Shown here: piece after piece, positions 26,872 through 37,012 of the stretch
Numbering within the stretch: position 1 is the first letter of the stretch
Layout of the letters: the number at the start of each line of letters is the position of its first letter
NCBI GenBank assembly: GCA_951406725.2
Contig: OX597832.1
Location: 30,256,001 to 30,320,000 of the forward strand
Source of the DNA: Octopus vulgaris
Taxonomy: Eukaryota
Length of the DNA: 64,000 nucleotides
Reading direction: 5' to 3'
The notes under the pieces: model-generated
Databases searched by the model: none
Told to the model about the DNA's origin: nothing
Seen by the model: only the letters and a program-made list of their open reading frames with translations
Position numbers and translations under genes: made by a program

Positions 26872-28694
26872 TTGAAAAATACCTTAGGAATGAGAACCCA
26901 GGTTCGAAATTTCCCCAAGACACCTGATGAAGGCTGGAGAGTATATCAGCCAAAATGTTGTGTTAACAACAAACAAGATGAGGACAAATATCCATCAAAT
27001 GTAAATAATGTAAAGTTGTTTAAAATAAAAGAGAAACAAACTCAAGAAAATAACAAACAAAATGCTGAAAATGTAATTAGGATATTGTTGAAATGCTTCC
27101 TCCTGCTTCAGACGGCTGAAGCAATCATTAAGAGAATGGGCAGAGGAAAATACCATTGTGTATAAAACGAGAAGTTTTGCTTCTTAACTAGGAAATATTT
27201 CAAAGATGTTACCTTGCCCTGCCAGAGCCATCTCGTATGTGATTTTAATGGAATAGTCACAGGCGTCTCTTTCTTGGGTAGCAATTTCATCGTAATGGAA
27301 TGGTGCAGCACCAGGACTCTGAAATTACAAGGAAGTCACATCGGAATTCTTAGTGAAGTCAAATTAAAGTGAGTGAAATATTTTCAAACATTGACACAAG
27401 TTGTTCAAACTTCCTTATAAATGTAAAGCAACGAATTAGGATCTTAATTATTGCCAATTAATTAGTTTCAAGTTGGGTGCAAAACTGAAGTCAAAGAGGG
27501 AGGACAATGATGGGACTGTACTCTTGGTCTTGTAGAATCTTCCAGACAGGTGAGATTGATACCATGGATGGCAGAGAGGAGGAGAGATGGGCTTCAGTGA
27601 TGTGTGATAAGCAGGCAGTTGGCTGACAGGAACAGAGGCCATTATTTGTTTCTGCTTTGAGCACAAAGCCAATAATTTAGGGTTAGACAAGACTATCAAC
27701 TCCAGAGAAATGAAGGGCAAATTTGATTCAGTGGAATAAGAACTCAATACATAAGGATCCAAAACAAGCAGCTGAGGGATGTCTTTTGTGACATTCTTAA
27801 GATTCTGCCTGGTTCCTTCATTTAGATGGTTTCAATTTACATGGTCAGGCGTGGAACCTATCTACCACGTAAACGATGGACTGCTATACAGACATGTATA
27901 ATTATTCTGGAATCAGTAAATTTTCATTCAATGTTTTCACTCAGACTCTGTATTGGAATTGGATCAAAATTTTTATTTCTTTTTTGTTTTGTTTTTGGTA
28001 AAAGAAGCAGAGGGAAGACACAGTGTGTGTGTGTGTGTGTGTGTGTGTGTATCACTCATCCATGACAAAGTTTAAGCACCAGCCTTTGAGATTCTTCATG
28101 GCCATGGAGACATCTAAGAGTAAAATGATTAAAGAATGGAAATCAAATGAAGATCACTGACAGAATTCGATGCAGTTTAGTCTCAAGAAATTAGGGGGAA
28201 ATCACAAAGAAAAGGATGGGAGATGTTCCATTCTATGAGATGTCTATTACTCTATGGCAGGCCTTCCATACTATGAATGACGAATTTTTTAAAATAATAA
28301 TTAATCATTTTTTGTTAATGAAGCTGGCACTAAACTGTCAATGATTTTATCGAGTAATATAGGGAATAAAATCATTAACAATTTTCACGAACCACTCCTC
28401 ATTAGTTTATAATATTTGCATTAATTACTAAATGATTTTAATTTTTTGATTATTAATTTGAAAATATAAACTTTTAAAATAACAAGAAACTCATTTTGAA
28501 TCCAGCAAACGTAAACCATATTTCTAAACAGACACTTTTAACGAAAGAGGTGGCCCTAATGAAGTGATGGTTTCAATAATACTTACGCTGTCTATGGGTA
28601 AAGGACGAGGGCCTCGGATGCCAATGGGTTCTGATGAGGCAGCTACGACTTCTCGATTTCGATTCCGTTTCCTTCCGGACATACTTTCAGACAT
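10181..28694 (-). CDS. PCYT1: Choline-phosphate cytidylyltransferase (CCT/PCYT1), complete spliced CDS, 8 core exons, ~373 aa
   Basis: Exons 28694-28587, 27318-27213, 19849-19736, 16975-16824, 15617-15535, 13728-13590, 12488-12321, 10432-10181 join in frame with GT-AG introns (1122 nt). Contains the HSGH (HxGH) motif, [13 protein letters not shown], amphipathic M helix ([18 protein letters not shown]) and a Ser-Pro-rich tail. Confidence 0.96.
10560..11480 (+). mobile_element. RTE LINE 3' fragment with 3'UTR, in the last PCYT1 intron
   Basis: MLHGSEIW...RRLRWYGHV...GRGR RTE C-terminal motifs; same 3'UTR as 50270-51105. Confidence 0.85.
12321..12488 (-). CDS. PCYT1: PCYT1 coding exon 7, membrane-binding M domain ([16 protein letters not shown]...[23 protein letters not shown])
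   Basis: Autoinhibitory helix motif; 168 nt, phase 0->0. Confidence 0.95.
12722..13293. repeat. Unclassified interspersed repeat ending in (AAT)n; related copy at ~15060-15470
   Basis: Shared segment AGCAAATATTCTGCTCAATACCA...TTGACCTTAACCA...GGGGAGCATCAT.GCCATG.GTTGAGA. Confidence 0.65.
13590..13728 (-). CDS. PCYT1: PCYT1 coding exon 6 ([47 protein letters not shown])
   Basis: RTEGIST CTP-binding motif; GTGAGT donor. Confidence 0.97.
13983..14363 (-). mobile_element. tRNA-derived SINE, near full length; related copies at 40-346(-), 2931-3290(+), 22053-22345(+), 31636-31898(+), 55172-55268(+)
   Basis: Head GGAGGCGCAATGGCCCAGTGGTTAG...GGTTTCGACTCCC with Pol III A and B boxes; multiple collinear copies. 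Confidence 0.85.
15535..15617 (-). CDS. PCYT1: PCYT1 coding exon 5 ([27 protein letters not shown])
   Basis: IDFVAHDD motif; ends in phase 2 within a Met codon (AT|gtaaat). Confidence 0.95.
16824..16975 (-). CDS. PCYT1: PCYT1 coding exon 4 ([51 protein letters not shown])
   Basis: RYVDE dimer motif; 152 nt; lies within ORF 16791..17036. Confidence 0.97.
17257..17510 (+). mobile_element. tRNA-derived CORE-like SINE nested in another SINE
   Basis: TGGCTTAGTGG A box, GGTTTCGATTCC B box, TTGAGCAAAACACTT core; flanking aaggtactgggtc/aaggtattgggtc direct repeat. Confidence 0.7.
17588..17707. mobile_element. pogo/Tigger-type MITE
   Basis: CAGTAATACCTCAG...CTGAGGTATTACTG inverted ends, TA at the right flank. 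Confidence 0.65.
18476..18935. repeat. Compound (CCA)n/(CCG/CTG) trinucleotide array, ~460 bp
   Basis: Directly visible; internal higher-order duplication with a 162-nt offset. Confidence 0.95.
19736..19849 (-). CDS. PCYT1: PCYT1 coding exon 3 ([38 protein letters not shown])
   Basis: Catalytic HxGH motif, canonical splice sites, phase 1->1. Confidence 0.97.
21211..21566 (+). mobile_element. Non-autonomous Helitron
   Basis: A|TC 5' end, subterminal hairpin (cccgagcaacaccggg), CTAG|T 3' end, no TSD. Confidence 0.8.
23541..23993. repeat. Near-perfect inverted repeat, 216/219-bp arms and 18-nt loop, inside (TA)n
   Basis: 23541-23756 is the reverse complement of 23775-23993 apart from a 3-nt T-run indel; a third, more diverged partial copy lies at 24012-24175. 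Confidence 0.92.
24489..24528 (+). ncRNA. Hammerhead core motif at the apex of a perfect hairpin
   Basis: CUGAAGA-UUUC-UCUU-GAAU-GAAAC-AGUACUA-GUC; the 5' strand of stem I is replaced by the inversion. Confidence 0.5.
25909..26129. mobile_element. piggyBac-type MITE
   Basis: TTAA TSD, CCC/GGG TIRs, collinear with the 2573-2784 copy. Confidence 0.8.
26416..26459 (-). ncRNA. Minimal type I hammerhead ribozyme motif (Penelope-type), degenerate copy
   Basis: ACAC-CCGAUGA-A-GGUUG...CAGCC-GAAAC-AUU-GUGU: U4C change and stem III mismatch. Confidence 0.62.
26920..26963 (+). ncRNA. Minimal type I hammerhead ribozyme motif (Penelope-type), degenerate copy
   Basis: ACAC-CUGAUGA-A-GGCUG...CAGCC-AAAA-UGUU-GUGU: stems I and II intact; GAAAC mutated to AAAAU. 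Confidence 0.65.
27213..27318 (-). CDS. PCYT1: PCYT1 coding exon 2 ([35 protein letters not shown])
   Basis: AG/GT boundaries, phase 0->1, matches the CCT N-cap (PAPF...IT.E.A). Confidence 0.9.
28587..28694 (-). CDS. PCYT1: PCYT1 coding exon 1 ([36 protein letters not shown]); exon acceptor at 28717
   Basis: tttcag acceptor, GTAAGT donor, phase 0; basic NLS-like RKRNR as in CCTalpha. Confidence 0.8.
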
Positions 28695-29649
28695 TGAATT
28701 GGAAAAATGTTGGGAAACTGAAAAATCAAATTGAAGGAGAAACAGTCAGGATTGTGTTTGGCAGGGAGACATGATAACCACAACAAGAATGAAGGTTAGG
28801 ATGCCAGTGATTTTATGAGCATTTGGAAGGATCAAAAGAGGGAAATGAAACTTGAGGATGATCCCTGGCTGACCATCCATGCAGAAAGGGCAAAAGATTG
28901 TCTTAATTGATATGTCACACAGATTGAGAAGAGCTTTGTCGTTGTGAATTTTCTCTCCTTTCCCTCTTTATTTTTTGTTTTCTTTTTTCTTGTTTCTTTT
29001 CTTTTTTTCTGTCTTTCTTCCCCTTCTTTTTCTATCACATGACTTTGTAAATGAACAATCCGGTGTGTTTATTTTAATGGCCTATCAATGTATACAGTGC
29101 TCGTCTTTGCCCTAGGTGTTGGGAAGACATTCAGCAAGAAAAGGAAACAAAATCGAAAGAAGATAATAATAACAATAATAATAATAATGATGATAATAAT
29201 TCTAATGATGCTTTCAGATTTTTTACTCAAAACCAAACTGATGTTAAAGAAATGACCGCTTAACTTCGATTGCAGGACAGAATTAGGATCAATCCGGATG
29301 TAAGCAACATAACAGAGAGGCAAAAACTTATAAAAATGTTGAATCTGTTTCCTTAACATCTTCTGCCTCAAATAATCTCAAATAGGTTTGGTAAGTTACA
29401 GTTTACTACAAACAGACAATGTCCGGATGAATAGGCAGGTGAATTCCATGAAGAACCCTTAAAGAAATCTTATTAAGTCGACAAAACCGAATTAATGTCG
29501 GTCATTATAAAGGCTTCTAACCAACCAGAATTAGTTATGCGTTATACTAACAATAATAACTATTGTAACTGACAATGATAATGGTGATGATGATGATGGT
29601 GATCTTAATTAAAGCTTACTATTAATATAAACCGTAGAGGCTTACTCAC

Positions 29650-29725
29650 CCATGAAACCAATTAAGAAAAAAAGTAGGATGTAGAGCATGGAAAATATAT
29701 CGAAATTATCCAAATTGAAGAACAT
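29650..29725 (-). CDS. PCYT1: Candidate alternative first coding exon of PCYT1 encoding a hydrophobic N-terminal segment (MFFNLDNFDIFSMLYILLFFLIGFM)
   Basis: GG|GTGAGT donor at 29649. Phase 1 joins the 28717 acceptor in frame with no stop ([12 protein letters not shown]...). ATG has A at -3 and an in-frame upstream TAA. Confidence 0.5.
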
Positions 29726-30862
29726 TGTTAGAGATGATGTGAACAAATGCAAAATCAATTAAGGTGTGATTCTAATTAGAATTCACAACCACAAATTGAA
29801 AATAAAATCGATTCTAAGAATCTAACTTTTACATTATGCTCTAAGTAATGATAATTTGATGATTAAAAGCTATCATGGCCTTGATGATTAAAAGCTATCA
29901 TGGCCTTTATCTAATCATTTGGCATTGACAACAATAACATCTAAATATGATTGTTATACACATTCAAGGTAAGCAGAGACCCTTTGCAAAGAGTTTATCA
30001 GGAAACTTTTTTACCTTTTACCAATGTTGACTTCTCCTTTCATCCAAGCTATTGGTTTAAAATAAAGTTGTTTTTGTACGTGCAGGAGAAAGGATGAGAT
30101 TAAGAGAAGGGATAAACAGATTTAGGAGTGTTTAGCAATAGAGACATCAAGGAATTTGATGGAAATATTAAAGGTAAAGTCTAGAAAAGAATGGGAACTG
30201 TTAAGGGAAAAGACAAAGTAGCTGATTTCTTCCTCAGACAAACATGGATCAATCTGGGCCCTAATTGCACCAACCTCTTTGCATGTCAAACTGAAGTGCA
30301 AATGTTCACAAAATTTGCTTGGTCAACTCCAGAAGTATAACATTAATTTTTTTTTGCATTACAGCCAGCTCCCTTTTGGTGTGTTTAGACAATTGAATGA
30401 TCAGCCCCAGAATAGAATTAACATTAAGCAAACCCCAAATGACATCAGCAAACAGTATTTCAGAGTGATAAGGTGGCGAGCTGGCAGAATCGTTAGCACA
30501 CCGGGCGAAATGCTACGTTCTGAGTTCAAATTCCGCCGAAGTCAACTTTGCCTTTCATCCTTTTGGGGTTGATAAATTAAGTACCAGTTATGCACTGGGG
30601 TTGATGAAATCGACTTAATTCCTTTGTCTGTCCTTGTTTGTCCCTTCTGTGTTTAGCCCCTTGTGGGCAGTAAAGAAATAAGAAAGTGTTTCAGAGTGAT
30701 TTCACTTTTCAGTGGCAGACATTGTCTTGGGTCAAACAAAACAGCAAGGACCAAAATAAGATGTGTACATTTATTTCTAATAAGAGAACATTTTAGCATA
30801 CCTAAATTATAATATCGCATACTAATATATTTAGACTAGTGTCCTCATCTCGGTTATTAGCG

Positions 30863-30905
30863 TCACAATGTTTCAGTCAGTGTAGCTGCCAGCCTTCTTC
30901 AGGTA
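30863..30905 (-). ncRNA. Older, diverged copy of the same hammerhead-bearing tail
   Basis: UAC-CUGAAGA-AGGCUG...GACU-GAAAC-AUU-GUGA followed by GAUGAGGAC as in the 26.4/26.9 kb copies; stems decayed. Confidence 0.4.
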
Positions 30906-31959
30906 CTTCTCATATTCAGTAGCGTTTGTGAAACATGGAACCAAACCCTTTATTATATCCATAGAGATAGATTGTACTCATTTCTGTTGTCCATACTTTG
31001 AACATCATCTTTATTAATTATTCTCTTATTTGTGATACTGCCAGTTTACTAAGTTCTAATCAGAGTACGTAGTGTCTGACTGCTCTGGGGACTGAACTCA
31101 CACCCACTAGCTCACTAACTTACAACCCTTGGCATTTATATTTACTATCTTATTACCTAACAGGAGATAATTAGGAAGTAAAAATTGGGAGCTTTATACC
31201 TAACATTATCTTTTCTATGATTGAAACTAATATTCTTTCTTAAGACTAATGAAATACTCTTATGACAGGGTTCCACAAAACATTCCTTCCTTCCTTCCTT
31301 CCTTCCTTGGGTCTGCAATTCCTGATGAAGTTGTAGGGCTGCTGTTATGACATTTCTAGGCAACATTCATCTCTAGATTTGAACCCAAAGTACAAAGAAA
31401 CAGTAACATATAAACAAAGCATTCTTGTCAGAAGTTCTAAGAACTCTGCCAATTCGTCACCAATATACCTCAAGAAGGTTACAATTAAGCTTCTAAACAC
31501 TTCTGTCAAACCACATCGGTTTCATGTTTTCCCAATCTGTTATTCTTAGACAAGTTCATCAATACATTTCCATTCTTTCACCTCTGACAACTACCAAATT
31601 CAAAGAGGTATTAATTGATACTTATGACAGTAGGAGGGAGGCACATGGCCTTGTGGCTCAAGCAGTGGACTTGCGATCGAGGGATCGCGGGTTTGAATCT
31701 CAGACCAGGCAATGTGTGTGTTTATGAGTGAAACACCTAAGCTCCACATGGCTCCGGCAGAAGGTAATGGCGAACTTCTGCTGACTCTTTTGCCACAACT
31801 TTCTCTCGCTCTTTCCTCCTGGATCTTGTCCAGGTGGGAAACCTATACGCCAAGGAAACCGGCCCTAATGAACCAGGCATGGCTCGAGAAGGAACAAACA
31901 ATGACAGTAGGAGAGGAGGAGACAGTCATTATGGAACAATCTGCTGGGACTAGAGACCA

Positions 31960-32390
31960 AACATGGCTGGTGCCAAATCCCAGCTAAAAAATAAAGAGAT
32001 GTGGTGGTGGAATGATACAGTAGACAGTGCTATAGCAAGAAAAGAGACTGGCATGAAAGAGTGGAAGGAAATAGGCAGCAAAGAAGAATGGTATTTAGCT
32101 AAAAAGGAAGCTAAACTCCAGGTAGACATATCAAAGGTAAAGGCAAAAAAGAAGTTTGTAAATGTTCTGTGATGTGAGGATCAGAGATGTGAGGTGTTCT
32201 GCATTGTGGGACAGGGTAATGGAGAAAATGAAGCTCTTGGAGGAAGAAGTGTATACAGAATGATAACGGTAAACTTGCTGTCACTGATGTTGATAAGAAA
32301 GAGAAGAATCATCGTGTTACTCAAGGAGACTGCTGGACGTGGTGAATGCATGAGAGGAAGAGTTTACCTAACATAGTAGACCCTTTCCAA
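31960..32390 (+). mobile_element. Old RTE LINE fragment
   Basis: WWWND.V..AI..K motif of the RTE endonuclease-RT tether, heavily degraded. Confidence 0.55.
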
Positions 32391-32774
32391 GGAGAATTCA
32401 AGGGAGTAGCTGCCATTATCTACTCTAGATATCTATGAAGACTTCAGTAAAAAAACAAAAAACAAATAGAACAATGATTTTAAAACCCTCCAATTCTAGA
32501 CACACACAAACACACATGCACCCATACACACACCCATGTAACATCTTATTTACAGATGGTTGGACAGAGTCAGTTGACACAGAACAGAATCAATGACAAT
32601 ATAAACTGTTAACTCTTTGACCAGTTTCAAGTGAACCAGCTTTGGCTTATTTCAGAACAGTTTCTTCACATATTTTCTATCACAAAAAGGAATTTCCAGA
32701 CTCAAGTCTTGGTGCTTTACTCTTGAATGAGAAGTAAATGCATTGCTCTCGAAATAAATATAAAAAATTCTAAA

Positions 32775-32842
32775 TAAGAATATAAGAATATAAGAATATA
32801 AGAATATAAGAATATAAGAATATAAGAATATAAGAATATAAG
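32775..32842. repeat. (TAAGAATA)n octamer tandem repeat
   Basis: About 8 perfect units. Confidence 0.9.
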
Positions 32843-33484
32843 ATGAATCTTGATTTAACTATTAAAGAATAACTATTAAATTGCTATTTGATGTTACGTT
32901 AGTTAATAATAGGCTTCTGTTGACTCAGTCAGGGCCAAAACATAGCTATTATAGTGAAGTAATGCACAAAATATTTCCAGGTACTTTTTTTTTCTTTAAA
33001 TAATGAAAGTTCAATTGAAAAAGTCAAACTACGGACATAGCAAAGTATGCAGTCATAACTGGATATTGCAGTTTGGGGGGGGGGGGGGGAAATTAACTGC
33101 CACCATTTCAAACCAGAATAAAATGGAAAATGAAAGACCTATTTTATTGAATACCAGAAAGAACTATTAATAGATATTTGATGGAGAGGTGAGGTTGCTT
33201 TTTTTCTGAGGGGAAAGTAATGTAAAGAGAAGTAATTCGTATATCTAACTTAACATGGATACCCTGTAAGAGCAGTGTTCAGTACTGCAGTATTTGTCTT
33301 GAGAAGACATCTCGCATTGGTGTATAGGGATAAAAAGCATAGAAGTGAGTCAGTAGCTGAAGGGAATCAGTAAGAGGAGTCAAAGAATAAAGTTTTTTTG
33401 AAAAATTACAATGTTGGAGTTGTTGGCTAATGAGTAAGATTGTGTGAGAGGGAGGAGAGAGAGAGAGAGAAAGAGAAAGAGAAG

Positions 33485-33515
<31 letters not shown>

Positions 33516-33865
33516 GGTGGGGTTAGAAAGAAGAGAAAGAAGAATGCAAGAGACAAGAAATTAAAAGTAAAAGAAGTAAATATAGATTTGTTTTACATCT
33601 TGTTAGGCTGAGAGGCTTCCCAACCACATAGTCCCGGGTTCAGTCCCACTCTGTGGCATCTTAGGCAAATGTCTTCTACTATAGAAATTGAAAGAAGCCC
33701 GTCATATCTATATATATCAATGTGTGTGTGTCTTTGTGCCTATGCTTGTCCCCCCCCCCCACCGCTTCACAACCAGTGTTGATGTGTTTTATGTCCTTGT
33801 AACTTAGTAGTTCAGCAAACGGGGCTGATAGATAGAATAAGTACTGGACTTGGGAAAAAGAAAAT

Positions 33866-34316
33866 GACCAGGTGGTACACGAAGGAGTCACACCTAATGA
33901 CAGGTGTAGAGGCACCAGAGTCAAGTGCTACAAAGGTAAAGGTGACGCAGTAGATACGAATAATTACAGAGGTATCAAGCTGTTGGATCAGGTAATGAAA
34001 ACCATGGAGGGGCTCATAGCCCAACTAATTAGGGAGACAGTTAGTTTAGACAAGATGCAGTTTGGGTTTATACCAGGGAGAAGCACCATTGATGCTATAT
34101 TTCTTATAAGACAGCTGCAGGAGAAATACCTAGCCAAAGATAAACCTCTGTAACTGGCTTTCGTTGACATGGAGAAAGCCTTTAACAGGGTCCCCTGATC
34201 AAACTGTGTAAGCCAAGTACAGGGATGCAATCAGTAAGGTGAGGGTTGGCAATGAGTATAGTGAAGACTTCTGGGTAGGGGTCCTCCAAGGAACAGTCCT
34301 CAGCCCCCTCTTATTA
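33866..34316 (+). mobile_element. RTE LINE reverse-transcriptase fragment
   Basis: ORF 33872..34153 (NYRGIKLL...QFGFIPGRSTIDAIFLIRQLQEKY); stop and deletions follow. Confidence 0.88.
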
Positions 34317-35688
34317 GTTCTTAATTCAGACTTATTGCGCCTCTAAACGGATCGTTTGCAATCTCGCATAAAGATCTTGCATTTTCGGTATAAAATCCGG
34401 TGAAAATTCAGTAAAGAGAACTATCAAATGAAATCAGTCCTTAACGTGTCTGCTATCATTTATATTTTTAAACTCTAAATCATTCGTCTGCGTAATTATA
34501 AACCCATACGCTTTCAAATCATGTAACGAGCGTGTCTGACCCCCATATGTCCCTTGTCTGACCTTGTTTGTCCCCTCTATGTATCCTTTTTATAAGGTAA
34601 TAAAGAAAAACTGTTATAGTGAAATGAATAAACAAGAGACTTAAATACATGCTCTGCACTTACTTTGGGTATTTCTATTTTTGATATCTCATAATCGTAG
34701 TTTCACCATATTCTGATATTAAAACAACAAGAACACACTTTACACATCTCAAAGATTGTTGGGAATTTTTTTTTTTTAAGAAAACCAAGAAATACGTAAT
34801 TTCTTTTGAAATTGAACTTTTCTGAAGCGATTGAAGCTTGAGATGATGTAAAGTCTGTATAGATAGAACTGAGGGGTCAGATATGGGCGAAAACGTGCCC
34901 TGGAAATTATAATCTTTGTAATACTTGTCACTTCTACCAATTTATGGTTTGTTACTTATTATTATTTGGGTTAATGTTTACAAGTACCCCGGCACGAAAA
35001 ATCAACCCTTTTTTATTTTATTTCATCATTACGACAAAAGCTAAACAATCTTTTTATATTTGAAAATATAATCGGCAATCGTATAATCTATGTATAAAGC
35101 ATTATTTCGCTATATTACAACTCGGTTTGGTAAAAAGCTTTTAATACAGTCCACTACGATCCTATTTTCTTATCAAACCAAAAACAAATACATCTGGACT
35201 TGAACCTACAGCGTCAGTGAATGAAGCACGACAGATGAATTGCCTTACAAATAATATAAATGTGTATATTGCGGATTATATCTTGGATTTCGTTTCATAA
35301 TTACGAGGTCCAAACATTTCTAAGGAACCCAGTTACGTGCTTCACCGGCGTCAATTGCCAACATACCGCAACAACAATTGATGGTTTAACCCCACCCCTC
35401 TCTAATTATATTAGACTTAATTACTCCCAGGTTCTTCTAAAACACACCCACCACCATTAATTAACTCACAACTACAGATCCTACAAATGTTAAGTTTCTG
35501 TGTAAACAAGTTGAGCACATTGTAACCACGACGACGACGAAGCCGCCGCCCCCCGCCCCCCGTCATGTCCTTCTTAGTCAGCAATCGTTAGTGGCATCAT
35601 GAGATAGGTTGGTGATAAGGCAAACTCTATGTGGTCGCATGACCTACACGAGAAACAGCAACCGAATCTCATTCATAACATCACACGG

Positions 35689-35723
<35 letters not shown>

Positions 35724-35869
35724 CATAAATACATACATATATGTGTGTATATATATATATATATGTGTGTGTGTATGTATATATATATATACATAAATAC
35801 ATACATACATACATATAGGTATACATACATACATATAGATATACATAAATACATACATATATATAAATA

Positions 35870-35937
<68 letters not shown>

Positions 35938-35943
35938 GATATA
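35689..35943. repeat. Compound (CA)/(TA)/(CATA) microsatellite; similar tracts at 38816-38905, 39828-39952 and 6537-6628
   Basis: Directly visible. Confidence 0.9.
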
Positions 35944-36618
35944 GGTCACCTTTGATAATATAGTATTAAAAGCATTGAATAAAAGTCGGGATGGTCATAG
36001 TTGAAAACCTTCCATCATGTGGGGTCTGTTCGATCATTGCTGCTGACCTTGAGCTAAAAAAAAAAAACCAAAAAAAGCATCGTGGGGCTGGGGGTGATGC
36101 GTCAGACTCCAATAAAACAATGGATTTAGGAGGATCTGATAAGCGACCAGAGACAACAAATCAGTCATATTTTTACAACAGCAAACGATAAAGCAAGAGG
36201 ATAGGATTTCAGAATTAGATCAAAAATATTTCATTGTCACAAGATACGAGGCATCAGATAAAAAGTACTTGAAATTAATAGTCTAAAGGTGATCGAACCA
36301 TTCAGTTTGAGTCAGTTAAAAATAATTTCCTATTCAGAAAAGGGAAAACAATAAGATAAGATCAAAAAGGAAGACGTTTACTTTTGAATTATGTAAGACC
36401 AGAGCTGGAGTGTTTTCGTGGCAGAACATAACTATTGTTAGGCGAGATACCACAAGATGATAGCAAAATCCTTTATAAATGAGAATATGGCTCTCCTAGC
36501 TATAAAGGAATGGGTAATCGTTGCTAAAAACAGTTCAAGCATTTTGAGAAACAGGGGTGTGTGTATCTGTGGTTACTTAAAATATTGCGATAAAAACCTA
36601 TCTACATCGTATTAAAAA

Positions 36619-37012
36619 CTAGCAGTATTGCCCGGCGTTGCTCGGGTTTGTTTCGACCCTTTAGAATTGGAATTTTTGAAAAGTAAACATTTTGCATTAT
36701 GTAGCTTGTTATTCTCTTTGAGTGAACCATTTTCTGGTTGAAATACACTGAAAAATGGCGACACAGCAGTCAAAACATCGTAAAAATTAGGGATTTTCAT
36801 AGAAAAAAGGCACCTTTTTGATTTAAATAATTTTTGGTGTTAACATGGTCCGATTTGAATTTTATCTTCTACGGAATGAAGAGCAAACCTTCTTCTATCA
36901 TACTCTCAATTTTGGGCAACTTGCGCTGCAGGGTCTCTGAGAAGATAGTGTTAGTTGAAGGCTACCAAACCTGCCACACACAGACAACTTCAGCTTTATA
37001 TATAGAGAGAGA
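36619..37012 (-). mobile_element. Non-autonomous Helitron, same family as 21211-21566
   Basis: Collinear reverse copy with TC...hairpin-CTAG ends. Confidence 0.8.

Larger units (their letters stand above)
26337..27012. mobile_element. Head-to-head pair of tRNA-head/(AAT)n/hammerhead composite retroelements
   Basis: Symmetry axis at 26761/26762; each arm is a tRNA-like head, an AAT/ATC microsatellite and a ~140-170-nt tail with a hammerhead motif. Confidence 0.75.

Noticed and set aside
35644-35963. YI/CV-rich ORFs (also 39613-40036, 38680-39035, 42496-42787)
   Set aside because: Di- and tetranucleotide microsatellite translations
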